From assembly GCA_003344405.1 (NCBI GenBank), contig NOWV01000205.1:62001-126000 (forward strand): 64,000 nucleotides of DNA. Direction: 5' to 3'. Every line of letters starts with the position of its first letter. Within the stretch, counting starts at the first letter, position 1. Made by a program: the position numbers and the translations under genes. Below, piece by piece: positions 45,304-57,070 of this stretch. The stretch comes from Trichoplax sp. H2. Lineage: Eukaryota. The notes below the pieces were generated by a model, which did not search any database, had not been told where the DNA came from, and saw nothing but the letters and a program-made list of their open reading frames with translations.

Positions 45304-48300
45304 ATGGGAAATTGCCAGTGCTCTGAAGCTACGGTAATACTTATAAACATATTGTTTAACCGATAAATTTTTATAAATCACATTTAACTATAGTTTTTAT
45401 ATTATCATTTCGGACTCCCTTCTTCTCCATCATTACTGTGAAGGATTCCGTTGACGAGGTTAGAAAAGCTTATTAATTGATTCATTTTTCTTATGGCGTA
45501 AAAAGTTACGAGTACTTCATATGAATCAAATAGTGCCTAGTCTGAACAATTTAGTCGAACTAAAGTTACTGTCTGATATCATAAAACTATATAGGAATTA
45601 TAAAAAGAACACAATCAATTTCATAGGCGTAACATATACCTTATTTTTAATTCTCTCACTAAGACGACTAGGTTATATAATTTTAAGAATCAGGATTTAT
45701 CACAGTCTCAGGTAAATCGCTGCAGAAATTGTACATTGTCATGCTAGGTTTCAATGTAGTACGTCTTTACTTAATACTGCTTTAATTATCTACATTTTAT
45801 TTAATGTTATTGTGATGAGAAAGCTTATAAAAGTAACTTCATATATTACTAATTGATATTGCAAATGCGAAGAGCTGATAATAAGTTAGACTTAAACTGA
45901 GTATGGAAGACTTGGGCAATTATATTTTAATTTTAAACTATTGAATCCCCTCATAACACTACTTCCTGATGCAACTTAATAGCAAATGATTAATATTAGT
46001 TTTAAGGTTGTAACATAGCTACCTATTACCCATTCGATAGCCTCTCATCTAATCAATTGGAAACGTTTCAAAATCGAGTAACACTTTATCTATGGTGTTT
46101 TATACCTGGTCTTTAGCACTGCATCTTATTGGCGTAAGCATATTAAATTTGTCGGGGTGATCTGTCAGCTAAATGCTGGCATACTTTAAAATTTATCGCA
46201 CTCAAGTTGCTCAGAAATCTCTTTAGTATTCTACTTTTCTTCAAGTTGTATTCCATAAAGTAAATGCATAATGCAAATAATAAGGGAACATATAAAACGC
46301 CTAGAATTTAAATAGCTACTTAGTATTCAGATTGATCAATAAAAGGCTTAGAATTCAACAGGTATATTCAGTGAATCTCAAAAATTATCTTCTTAGGAGA
46401 TACTAACTTATTCATCTTTAGCAATATTTGCAACTCCAATCTGTGCGAACATTATAATATACTGTACTCTGGAACGCTGAAATGTATTGCTTAGTTTCAT
46501 TAAATGTAGTGTTTATCGTATCTTACCTGGTATCTTAAATATTCGCCAACGTTAAGATGATTTTAAAGTGGTAATTTTATCAGTGGCTCTATTTTGGTTT
46601 AGGTTGTTGTTGAAGCTACTCAAAATTTTCATCAATCTCGCGTTATCGGTTCTGGGGGGTTTGGGGAAGTATATAAAGCTTATGTATTAAAATTTGGAGA
46701 AGTTGCGATGAAGAGGCTACATCGTCCAGTCAGTGAGGTTTATCCGTTTGTAATGACTAGTTTTTATTTCAAATGCTTAATTCCTTCTTCGGTTGCAACT
46801 TGAATAATATTTTTCAATGTGATACCATATTTACAATAATTATTTACTAACTATTTTACAAAAACGTATGAACATTAGATTGAGCAGCCAAAAATAGCAG
46901 ATATTACTGCATTATCACGGTAAAAATGTAGAAATTTATGTAAATATTAAAGACTATACCGTTGCATGTTGACCTAAATTAACAAAACGGTTGACCTTAT
47001 TTCTAATCATTTTTAAACTTGGTCTAGATACCAACATGAAAATCTTCTCCAGTTATTCGATGTAGTAAATTTAGACGGCAGATTATGTTTGATTATCGAG
47101 TATGCTGTTTTGGGAAGTTTACAAGATCGGCTAGCTGGCGGGGTATGTTAGACTAAGGTCATATCACTTATTAACTGTTAAAGTGCTGGAATATGCAAAC
47201 TTTCCATAACTTTTGTGTGAATTATTTATTGGCAGCTAAAGGACAGTGGTCGATTTTGATTTATTGTGATACTTATTAGATTAGATTAGATAGTCATTAA
47301 GCAAGCGTATCGTGTGTCTAGCAAAATGGAATCAATTTCCTCCACGTTTATAAATCATCTAGCTGGCAATAGAACCTTAAAATTAAATTTGTTCCATTGT
47401 TGAAGGTGGATTTCGTTATGTTTATTTTTATGTGAGGCAATTTTAGGGCGGTTTCATGCCTCTAACTTACGATTTAAGGTTGAAAATAGCCGTTGGAGCA
47501 GCTAAAGGAATCCAATTTTTACACGAATTCTATGATAAACCATTAATTCATCGAAATTTAAAAAGTAGCAATATCTTAATTGATGCAAGGTTCAATGCTA
47601 AAGTCAGTGATTTTGGCTTAGCAGAAATATTAGCCAATAATAATTGTGATCCCATATCTACGGCGGCACTACATCGATGGCTGGCATATCGGCCACCAGA
47701 AGTTAACTTAGCCAAAATCAATCCCCAATATGATGTCTATAGTTTTGGGGTGGTAAGTTAATTAATTGTGCGCATATAATAGCTCAAGTAAGCATTAGGG
47801 TGAAAAAGCTATTTCAGCCTTAAGCTTTGATGTTATTGCAGTAGCATAAAGATGATATTATCTTAGCATCGGTAGACATTTATGTAGCTTATTACAGTTC
47901 AGTTATGACATTATTACTTGACATTTTTTTCAATAAGATTCTATTAGAAATTGTTTCTGGATTGCCTAGTTTAAGACCATTACCTGATTTTCACTTCTTG
48001 GTAAGTATTGAAGGATCAAATGTGTCGCGTTTATACAAATTTAAACATGATAATGCCATTACAATATTTTAGTGGTTGAATATTAAAGCCACATGTCCTA
48101 TGTATAGCCTTCGACGATTTCAATTGTATCACTAATAACGATGAGTATGATTCTCTGTAATGTTAATCTGCAGTATCGATGGCATTACTTGTAAATGGTT
48201 ACCACTGATTAGTTTTAGAGATGATCAAGTTCTTTTAAAAACTGGATAATTTATCTTGACCTATTACAGAGAGATTATTACAGTCACTGTAAAAATGCAA

Positions 48301-48777
48301 ATAGTAAACTTTCACAAGATCACAAGATATTTTGGCCAAGAAATACACCGAAGAAGATTCTCAGAATTAGCAATCATTGCCTACGTCAAGATAATGCGAA
48401 ACGACCATCAATCAATCAGGTACTACCGTAGTGATCTACTGTTTAAGTAGCAATTTTCAAATACCTTGAAAGCAAATAGCGTTCTTAATTAGCTGCAAGT
48501 TTAAGAAATCTTACACTATCAAATTTGGCTGTACTAAAGCTATTACTTACATTAGAGTCGGTGAAGAGTTCTTATATAATATGAGGGTTCTAGAACATCT
48601 GCAGATGATTATTAACCTTCCCCTTAGTACAAAAGCGTTTTTAGCCTATATGATCAACTGGATTAAAAAGCTAATTTTATACTCAGCATTTCTTTTCTTA
48701 ATATTTCAATCTTCTAGGTGAAAATATCGCTAATATCGCTTTTACCGGATCAAATGAAAGAGCAGTTGAATACTTAA
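45304..48777 (+). CDS. IRAK/Pelle(RLK)-family kinase, probable pseudokinase; core exons ~46041-46077, 46603-46737, 46879-46919, 47028-47142, 47447-47752, 47938-48000, 48270-48419, 48718-48777; 5' exons from 45304 uncertain
   Basis: Motifs F....VVEATQNF...VIGSGGFGEVYKA, VAMKRL, HENLLQL, GSLQDRL, RLKIAVGAAKGIQFLH, IHRNLKSSNIL, VSDFGLA, DVYSFGVILLEIVSG and C......RPS. Exons from 46603 onward are in phase. Confidence 0.88.
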
Positions 48778-49074
48778 TTTCAATTCTGTGATATACTCAT
48801 ATTACAGCCGGTAGTATCTGTCCAACATAAGCACAAATTTAATCTCCTCAAATGCAAAAAAATAACCATGTTTATTTCAATATATAGCAAAAATTTTATA
48901 TACTGTGTAAAATATCATATTTTTAGGACATAACGGATGCATATATAGACATATTTGCTTTAAAATAAAAATAACTAAATTATTGTTTGAGCATGAATAG
49001 TTATTATTATAAGCATATATTATTACTTTACTGTATATACCTCTTGTTACTGTAATCTTACTTTGAAGCCTACC

Positions 49075-50102
49075 AGTTACAGCTACGTTTTAGGTTATAA
49101 TTGCAGGCAAACCCTTATTTTCTCAGTATGCTGTATGATGATTACAGTAATGTCACACTATAACATATAAAATTTAGTACATGCATTAATATGAGACATT
49201 ATGCAGTACTGTAGTATAAAACTATAGGTTAGTTCCAGCTACGTTTTACGTTTTAGTTAATGAGTTGCTGGGAATCTCTTATTTTCTTTCAGTGTGCTGT
49301 ATGATTATTGCAGTATTGTCATACTGTAACATGCAAAATTTAGTATATAACATGCATTAATATGAAATATTATGCAGTACTGTAGTATAAAACTATACGA
49401 ATAGCTGAATTGATAAGCCAAAATAGTTCCAGTTACATTTTAGGTCATGAGCTGCTAGCAGTCTCTTATTTTCTTTCAGTGTGCAGTATGATTATTGCAG
49501 TCCTGTCATACACTCATACTGTAACATGCAAAATTTAGTACATGCATTAATTAATGTGAAATAGTAGGCAGTACTTTAGTATAATTGATCAAGCAGAATA
49601 CTGTAGTTACAGCTACAGCTACGTTTTAGGTCATGAGCTGCTGGCAGTCTCTTATTTTCTTTCAGTGTGCAGTATGATTATTGCAGTCCTGTCACACACT
49701 CATACTGTAACATGCAAAATTTAGTACATGCATTAATTAATGTGAAATATTAGGTAGTACTTTAGTATAACTGATCAAGCAGAATAATGTAGTTACAGCT
49801 ACAGCTACGTTTTAGGTCATAAGCTGCTGGCAGTCTCTTATTTTCTTTCAGTGTACAGTATGATTATTGCAGTCCTGTCATACACTCATAACTGTAACAT
49901 GCAAAATTTAGTACCTGCATTAATTAATGTGAAATATTAGGCAGTACTTTAGTATAACTGATCAAGCAGAATAATGTAGCTACAGCTACAGCTACGTTTT
50001 AGGTCATGAGCTGCTGGCAGCCCCCTTATTTTCTTTCAGTGTGATGTACAGTATGATTATTTCAGAACAGTACTGCTATATTTTAATTAACATGCAAAAT
50101 TT
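49075..50102. repeat. Tandem array of ~6 copies of a ~155-195-bp unit
   Basis: Recurrent cagctacgttttaggtcatgagctgctggcagtctcttattttctttcagtgtg...catgcaaaatttagtacatgcattaat with unit starts near 49075, 49231, 49425, 49605, 49791 and 49978. Confidence 0.95.
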
Positions 50103-50148
50103 TGCTCGGGCTCAACTTGTGCTCAACTATTGCGATTTCTCAGAACAC

Positions 50149-50345
50149 AACAGTACGGCACGGTACGGTATGAATACAGCATTACGGTCTTTTGTACAGT
50201 GTACAGTGTACTGTACTGTAGCAGTTCATGACTGTACTGACCACTACAGAATAGTACCGTACACACAGTACAGTACTGTACTGTACAGTACTGTACTGTG
50301 TGATTGCTGTCACCTCTCTTCCCCTTTTAGTTAGTACTGTAGTTT
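50149..50345. repeat. TACAG/CTGTA simple-repeat array upstream of TEFM
   Basis: Runs such as cagtacagtactgtactgtacagtactgtactgt. Confidence 0.85.
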
Positions 50346-51124
50346 CTGCTGGTACTTTGCACGTGTATTGTAGTCTACGATATAGTAAAGCCTGTGTGAG
50401 AAAATAATGTCACCCGTGACCATGATTTCATAGGTTAGGCAAGCCGCTGGGCGCGACATCATTTTTATCGATTTGTTTCATAATGGAAAGTAGATTACTA
50501 TTCGTTCATTAGGTCATCGCTGATACAATTAGACTACATCGCTAGCAAAAATGATGTCACTGTTGGTTTAGAACCCTTAAGTACCAAATCATCGCCATGG
50601 GTGACATCATTTCTTGTGCAAGTTGGACCAGCAGTTGCTGTTCATAGCTGAGCGAGCGGTAGGTTGCAGAGCGATGCAGAATGCAAGAATAAGCTTAATG
50701 AATCGAGTTGCAGTGATAAATTGGCAACATCAATAGTGCAGCTACTTCAAGATTGATGCTTTCGATCGCCTTAACACTGGTAAAATACTGCCTCCTCCAG
50801 AAATTGACTAGCTCCAGCAATCTGAGCTGATTTTGACGAAATACTAGATATACGTAACATTACTAGAAGCATTGATTTGCAATTGAGTATCCCTTGGCAA
50901 GATAACTTTGCACTTTTATCTAAACGATTGACTAAGGGAAAAGAATTATCAACTGTACGCGTATCACGACGCATACAGTATAATATAGACAGTATACAGT
51001 ATTTATTATTTTGTCTAAAGATTGGTCGACATACTGGAATGACAAGTTATTGTTTAATGATTGCGTAATGGATTCAATAGCAATGGAATACCGTAGTCGA
51101 TAGTCGATACAACTTGCAATAGAA

Positions 51125-52153
51125 TTGGTTTATGATAACCTGGGAAATCTTGCTTCTCTAAAAAGATTATCAACATTGACGGACGATAGACGCCTTTACT
51201 ATAGTTGGCCAAGTTGCGATATGGCTCCAAAGAGTTTTGCAAATGAAATTATGAAAACAACACTTGGATACTTTCAACGTAGACCGGCAACTTGGAAGAA
51301 TACCGTTGGCATTAGTCGTTCGCCTTATTGCATGCCATTTCATTCACTTCGATTTAGCAGTAGCGATTTAAGTCACAATGAATTGCTAGAACGTTTCAAT
51401 ATGTTTAACAAGCAACAATTGCTAAACATGAAGGGAATCGGCCAGCTAAAAGCAAACCTTATTATTAATTATAGAACATCCAATGGTTCATTTAGTAGCT
51501 TAGATCAACTTCAACAACTGAGAGGATTTTCATCAAAATTAATTGATAGATTACTCAAAAGCGAAAATCATTTATCGATTCGAAGGTACCCACCATTAAT
51601 TGATCAAGATCTGCGTAAAAGTATACAAAGCATTGTTTCTATCGATCTAGGATTTAAAAATTTTGCTTATGTCCATATAAATAGAGAATTAACTCTGCTA
51701 GATTGGCGTAAATTAAGCTTCCCAACAATGACTAGCAATAGCTTGCAAACTACTTACGAAAATGTAATCGGTATTCGTCGGACCCTGCCTGCTGCTGATG
51801 TTTATGTAATCGAACAAGCAAGTGCGATTCCCCATCACGGCGCTTCCTTTAATACTGGGATACCTCTCAGAATATTGGAAGCGTTCCTTTATTGTGTATT
51901 GCAGCCTAACAAGGTTGTATCAATGAATGCTAAGACTGTCCAATCCTATTTTAATTTATCAAAAGGTCCCCAAAAGAAGACTGATGCTATAAATAAGGTT
52001 CTTGAGTTAATGAATGGAAAGTCAAAATATCATAACGTTACATTTACAAATCAACAAATTTCTGAATTTACAAGCATTACAAAAAAGGATGACCTGAGTG
52101 ATTGCCTATTACAAGCTCTGACCTTCTATGACAAAGAAGTATTTGATTTTTAA
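51125..52153 (+). CDS. TEFM: Mitochondrial transcription elongation factor TEFM / Ydc2-Cce1-like protein (HhH + RuvC fold). The ORF opens at a TTG; probable ATG at 51221 or 51251, or an upstream exon
   Basis: Basic transit-like N-terminus, tandem HhH motifs (LLNMKGIGQLKA; LQQLRGFS) and a RuvC-like domain SIVSIDLGFKNFAYVHI...DVYVIEQ...KKDDLSDCLLQALTFY. No intron in the ORF. Confidence 0.85.
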   Translation: MVYDNLGNLASLKRLSTLTDDRRLYYSWPSCDMAPKSFANEIMKTTLGYFQRRPATWKNTVGISRSPYCMPFHSLRFSSSDLSHNELLERFNMFNKQQLLNMKGIGQLKANLIINYRTSNGSFSSLDQLQQLRGFSSKLIDRLLKSENHLSIRRYPPLIDQDLRKSIQSIVSIDLGFKNFAYVHINRELTLLDWRKLSFPTMTSNSLQTTYENVIGIRRTLPAADVYVIEQASAIPHHGASFNTGIPLRILEAFLYCVLQPNKVVSMNAKTVQSYFNLSKGPQKKTDAINKVLELMNGKSKYHNVTFTNQQISEFTSITKKDDLSDCLLQALTFYDKEVFDF

Positions 52154-53461
52154 ACAATTAAGAGTTAGCAAATACCAAGTAATGAATCAACATGATAGCA
52201 GCTTCGTCTAAAATAGCCGTAGCTATAAGAATCAAGTTAATAGGCATACTTCCAGTATAATTTTCTATAATTTAGGAATATTACATCATTAAAATTTGCA
52301 CTTTTTAGCAGAGCATCCAATTGTAGTGCATAACTATAGGTAGAAGTAACGCCTTAGCTAGGAAGGCATGGAGATTTCTATAGATGGATATAATTATATC
52401 TGTTGAATTTTCAATTGTATTCTCGTTTGAATATGAGTCACACAATCAGTTATCTACTTTGTCCTACAACTTTAGAATATTGCGCTTGTTGCAAGTATTC
52501 TCGAACAGAAAAGAAGTTAATGTACGATATATTTGTGTTATTCTCAATGGCCAACTTCGGTACATCTTTAAATTACATATTCGCTGTACAATGGAAGAAT
52601 TGTTTTATATTTTAAGGAAATGAATAATAAATTAGTCACTATCCTATTTTTAATTTATTAAATTGTGATTATTGATTTTCTCTAAATTGACTTTTGATGC
52701 TTCAGCTTAGTAACTGTCTTTAGTAATTTAGTAATAGCAGTTCTAGTAATGCCCGATAATGCTATGATGGGCTAATTGATGAAATGTCAATGCTGCTGAT
52801 GACGACTACTCCAAAGCTAACCTATCGCCAATAATTTGTAATTTGTAAAAGACGTGCTTACTCAACAAAGTATTGTGATCATCAATCATTAATGAATTAC
52901 TTTTAGTACGTGACCATTTTGTTACTATAAACAATCAACATCCAAACTTCGAAGCTAGAAACCAATAACTTTCTTAGAAGTATATTCTTGGAATCAATTT
53001 TAAAAAATGATTATTTTATTGAATAATAATTATTATAATAGTTTTATTTACAGCATGCTTACAATATTTTCGTAAGAGATAACTCATTTAAATAATCAGG
53101 CAGTTATTTATACTTAATTTGAGTTGAGCAAGGTCTGCAATATTCGAGCTGGTTACTTCCGTAATGATAGTATTCTAAATGATATACGTGTAGTTCTCTA
53201 CTAACGATCCAATTGATGGAGGGCTTATAAAGAAAGAATGATGGAAAGTATCATTGCAGGATAACGGCCGCCGTTGCATTGTAATCTCTCTGCTTTCAAA
53301 AACATTACACTGATACTTCAAATGACCGAATTGTATACTTGAATAGGATTAAAAGAATTATATTCTTCGCCAACTATTTCTTCATGCGTGCGTATACACC
53401 AATTCTTCAGATTTTCGTCTAAAGGCATATTCAGTAGACGGTGCAATTACAGACGTGGTAT

Positions 53462-54686
53462 CTAAGTTTGATTCTTAGTTTCATCTTTAAATCCAAGATT
53501 CTTAAAGTCTTCCTTAGCCATTAATTGCCTTCATAACCGATATATAATAAAGTATATGCATCACCGTTAGACAAGAGATAATTTGATACACAACATTATG
53601 AACTTCCCAGGCTATTGCCAGTGTAACATGATCAAGGTGCATTATTTTACTAAGAAATTGTATGCAGCATTAGTGATTGAATTGATCTTACCTATCCATT
53701 CTACATTGTAAATATTCTTTAGCTTCCTTACGGCAATCGCTTTGCTCATAGTTACTCTTTTCTAAGCATTGCATGTAGGTCTTCATAAAAGTCTTACATT
53801 CACCTAATTTGATGTCAAGGCTTCAACTTAGTAATTTAAATGATCCTTATTATCTGTATAAGATAGGGATTAAATAAGATCGATCAAGAGTGAATGGATA
53901 TCATTATGTTATCATAATCAGTTTACATCATCGCATGTATGCGTCTTATACTTGGCTGAGGATAAAATAAAATGAACGATTATAACATCTGCTTTCATAA
54001 TATCCATTTGCAAGTAGTATAAGGTTCTATATCAATCCATCCTCTTGGCTGACTGCGCTCGATTGCTATCAAGCTTGATCACACCATTGCTATGAATGCT
54101 AACTCCATTACTGCTATTCAGTTTACTTAAGCTGGTGTAGCCATGCTACACTAGAGACCCTCTATGTGCTACATACTCCACGGTGGTATAACAATGTACA
54201 AGAATGTGTTGGTAATTAATTTTCTGCCTAGTGCATATATAGTACAATTATACATGCATGCAAACATTGCACAACACGTTACCGATACTCGTACTACATC
54301 GCATTATCTGCCACCCATATTGGCTGATGATAATTGTTAGACCACCGGTGAATTATTGCAGATTGCAGACTAGATTGTTTTTGACTGATGGTTAGAAATG
54401 AATACAAAAAATAATCAATGATCCATGTCATGCAGGCATGTATCTTCAGCACGCTGTATCAGTTCAGCAGTGGCATGAAAATTTCATTTTCTTCCTTTTT
54501 ATCCATGCAGAAGTCAGCCAATGATATAGTAAGTACAGTGATTGAAAGGCTTCAGTTTGGAATTGAATACACATACATTGGTCAAAGTACAGTTAATGTG
54601 CAACATTCTTGCATACCATCGTGATCTAAAGGGAAACTTCCTTTGTCAGGAGGTGTAGGAGAAAATCTTCTGCTGCTGTAATTCAT
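53462..54686 (-). CDS. COX19: Cytochrome c oxidase assembly factor COX19; exons 54686-54617, 53803-53692, 53528-53462
   Basis: [85 protein letters not shown] plus twin CX9C. Confidence 0.96.
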
Positions 54687-54784
54687 TGGTGCTTGTGCGT
54701 CATCACCATTAGCGGTCAGTCGAACATTGGCTTACAGTCCTTTTTTTGCAGCTTTCATACCGATTCCAAGATCCCAACCGACTT

Positions 54785-56590
54785 ACAGTGCATTGTACAT
54801 TGTACTGTACACTGTACACTGTACTGTACAGTACAGTACAGTAGGCCCAGCCATAATAACCCGATTACTCAAGATACTCAGCGTAAATAGCTTAAACGAT
54901 GATGCATTATTTTAAGAGTCTGTACCTCAAATTTCATGCGATTATTCAAAGAGTACAGTACAGTACTACTGTCGTGGACGACACCATACAGTATCATCCG
55001 ATATCCTATCAGACATGTTCAGAGTACATCCAGTATATCTATACTGTAACTGTCCTTTTCTGCGCTGAATACGCGGTAAAAGAAAATGTCTCGGACTGCA
55101 ACGGTAGATAGCACGGTTTGGAGTGTACACTGTACAGTACATTGTACTGTAACGATAGATAGCACAGTTTGGAGTGTACTGTACAATGTACCCTACTTTA
55201 CTGTACATTGTACTGTACAGTGCTACTGGCATGGACGATGATATGTCTTACAGTATTTCTATATATGTATTTTGTAATGCTACGCTTAAGATGGATGGAT
55301 GATAACTGCGTTATTATCTACAGTCCATATTGATAGTTAACTCACGCTGTATAATTATAGAATCAATATTCGTGACTAATTTACAATTTACAAGTATGCC
55401 TAATTCTAGATATGGATATCATAAACTATGTATTGTACAACGTTACACTGTAAGTGTTGACGGCGCACATATAAAAGCCGTTGTAATTATCAATAAACGA
55501 ATGAGTGGTAGTAAGTACTTAGCTTTGTCAGTATTCGAAAACTAGTCAGAGTGATCCGAACTTTACATACGGTTGGAGTATCAACTCTAGTTAGTTCATA
55601 CACAATAGACGACACCATACTGTACTGTACAGTATCATCCGATATCCTATCAGACATGTTCAGAGTACTGTACATCCAATATATCTATACTGTAACTGTC
55701 CGTTTCTGCACTGAATACGCGGTAAAAGAAAATGTCTCGGACTAAAACGGTAGATAGCACAGTTTGGAGTGTACAATGTACAGTACAGTGTACTGTACAC
55801 TACTGTACACTGTACTGTACACTGTACAGTGCTACTGTCATGGACGACGCCATACTGTACGGTATCATCCCATATCCTATCAGTCATGTTCAGAGGTACG
55901 TACTGTACAGTATATCTATACTGTAACTGTCCTTCACTGCGCTGAATACGCGGTAAAAGAGAATGTCTAGGACTGAAACGGTAGATAGCACAGTTTGGAG
56001 TGTACAGTACACAGTACGCTATTTGTGTGTACTGTACAAAACTGTACTGTAGTATCAATACGATTTAATTTAAGTTAATCGATTAATTAATTAATTAACT
56101 TAATTGAATCGATTAATTACGATTGTTCGTTGTGAATACAGTACTGTACCGTGTGTCCGTGTTACAGTAGTGTACGTACTGTACTGTACACCCGTACACC
56201 CTTTACAAGTCAGTTGTCACTCCCTGAGAGTACAGTACACAGTGTACAGTATACTGTACTGTACACTGTGTGTCGAGTACTGTACTGTGTACACAGTCAG
56301 GGACTTACTCAACCCCAAATTCTCACTCAAAAGCCGTAACATAAAAATTTTGCCGCTATAGGATCAATTCTATTTGACTGCAATCAATCCCATTTCCCTT
56401 TCCAAATAGCCATAATCTCTTTTACTAGTGTCATGTACTCAAAGGCTACTAAAATCTATCTTAGTCTACAGTTGGTTTAGCAGTGGGCGCTTGCGCTATC
56501 ATCTTGCATAAACCCTGCTATGCGAGTAGCGCCCTGTACAGTGTACAGTGTACAGTGTACAGTACACTGAGTACAGTATAGCGTACTGTA
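54785..56590. repeat. Complex repeat region between divergent COX19 and RPS15A: TACAG/CTGTA arrays plus three copies of a ~230-250-bp unit
   Basis: The unit gacgac.ccatac...atatcctatcag...ctgaatacgcggtaaaaga...cggtagatagcac.gtttggagtgtac occurs at ~54977, ~55608 and ~55843. Confidence 0.92.
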
Positions 56591-56784
56591 CTGGTCAATG
56601 GTCATATGGTCCGAAACGTATAATAAGAAAACCAACCTTACCAAACAGTCCTTGCGACACACTACTTAGTATGCTGCTCAGCGCCACATGATCTACCACC
56701 AAGTCGCTTACATGTTGCCGCTGAAATCGCGCAGTCGCATAAGAGTCTGCCACAGGGAAGAAAAACCTTGTGGTTTTCTATCAT

Positions 56785-56817
56785 CTTTCTCTTTTTCCTA
56801 GCATCCATGTACAGGAG
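56785..56817 (+). promoter_or_regulatory. Probable 5'TOP/TCT-like start and non-coding first exon of RPS15A
   Basis: Pyrimidine tract ctttctctttttcc, then a strong donor GAG|gtaag at 56818, with an acceptor (tgtag, 57064) just before the ATG. This layout is typical of ribosomal protein genes. Confidence 0.6.
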
Positions 56818-57070
56818 GTAAGAGACCTTAACCATAAAGCTTTAATCTCCAACATCCTTGACCAATTCTGTGTTAATGTTAATTTTTAGGCTACATTTTG
56901 TTCAGTGCTTACCCTTGATGTAGTTATTTTGTAGTTTTCGACTAGAATTGATCGTAAAATAGTAATATTTTTAATTTTACAATACGCGTGGTAAAGATGG
57001 CTGACTTGATTATTCTATGCTCTTCTCGTTTGGAAGCTAATTGCTCGCTTGATTACCCTTGTAGATCAAA

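Noticed and set aside
49075..50102. CRISPR-like array
   Set aside because: Whole units repeat with no unique spacers, there are no cas genes, and the context is eukaryotic.
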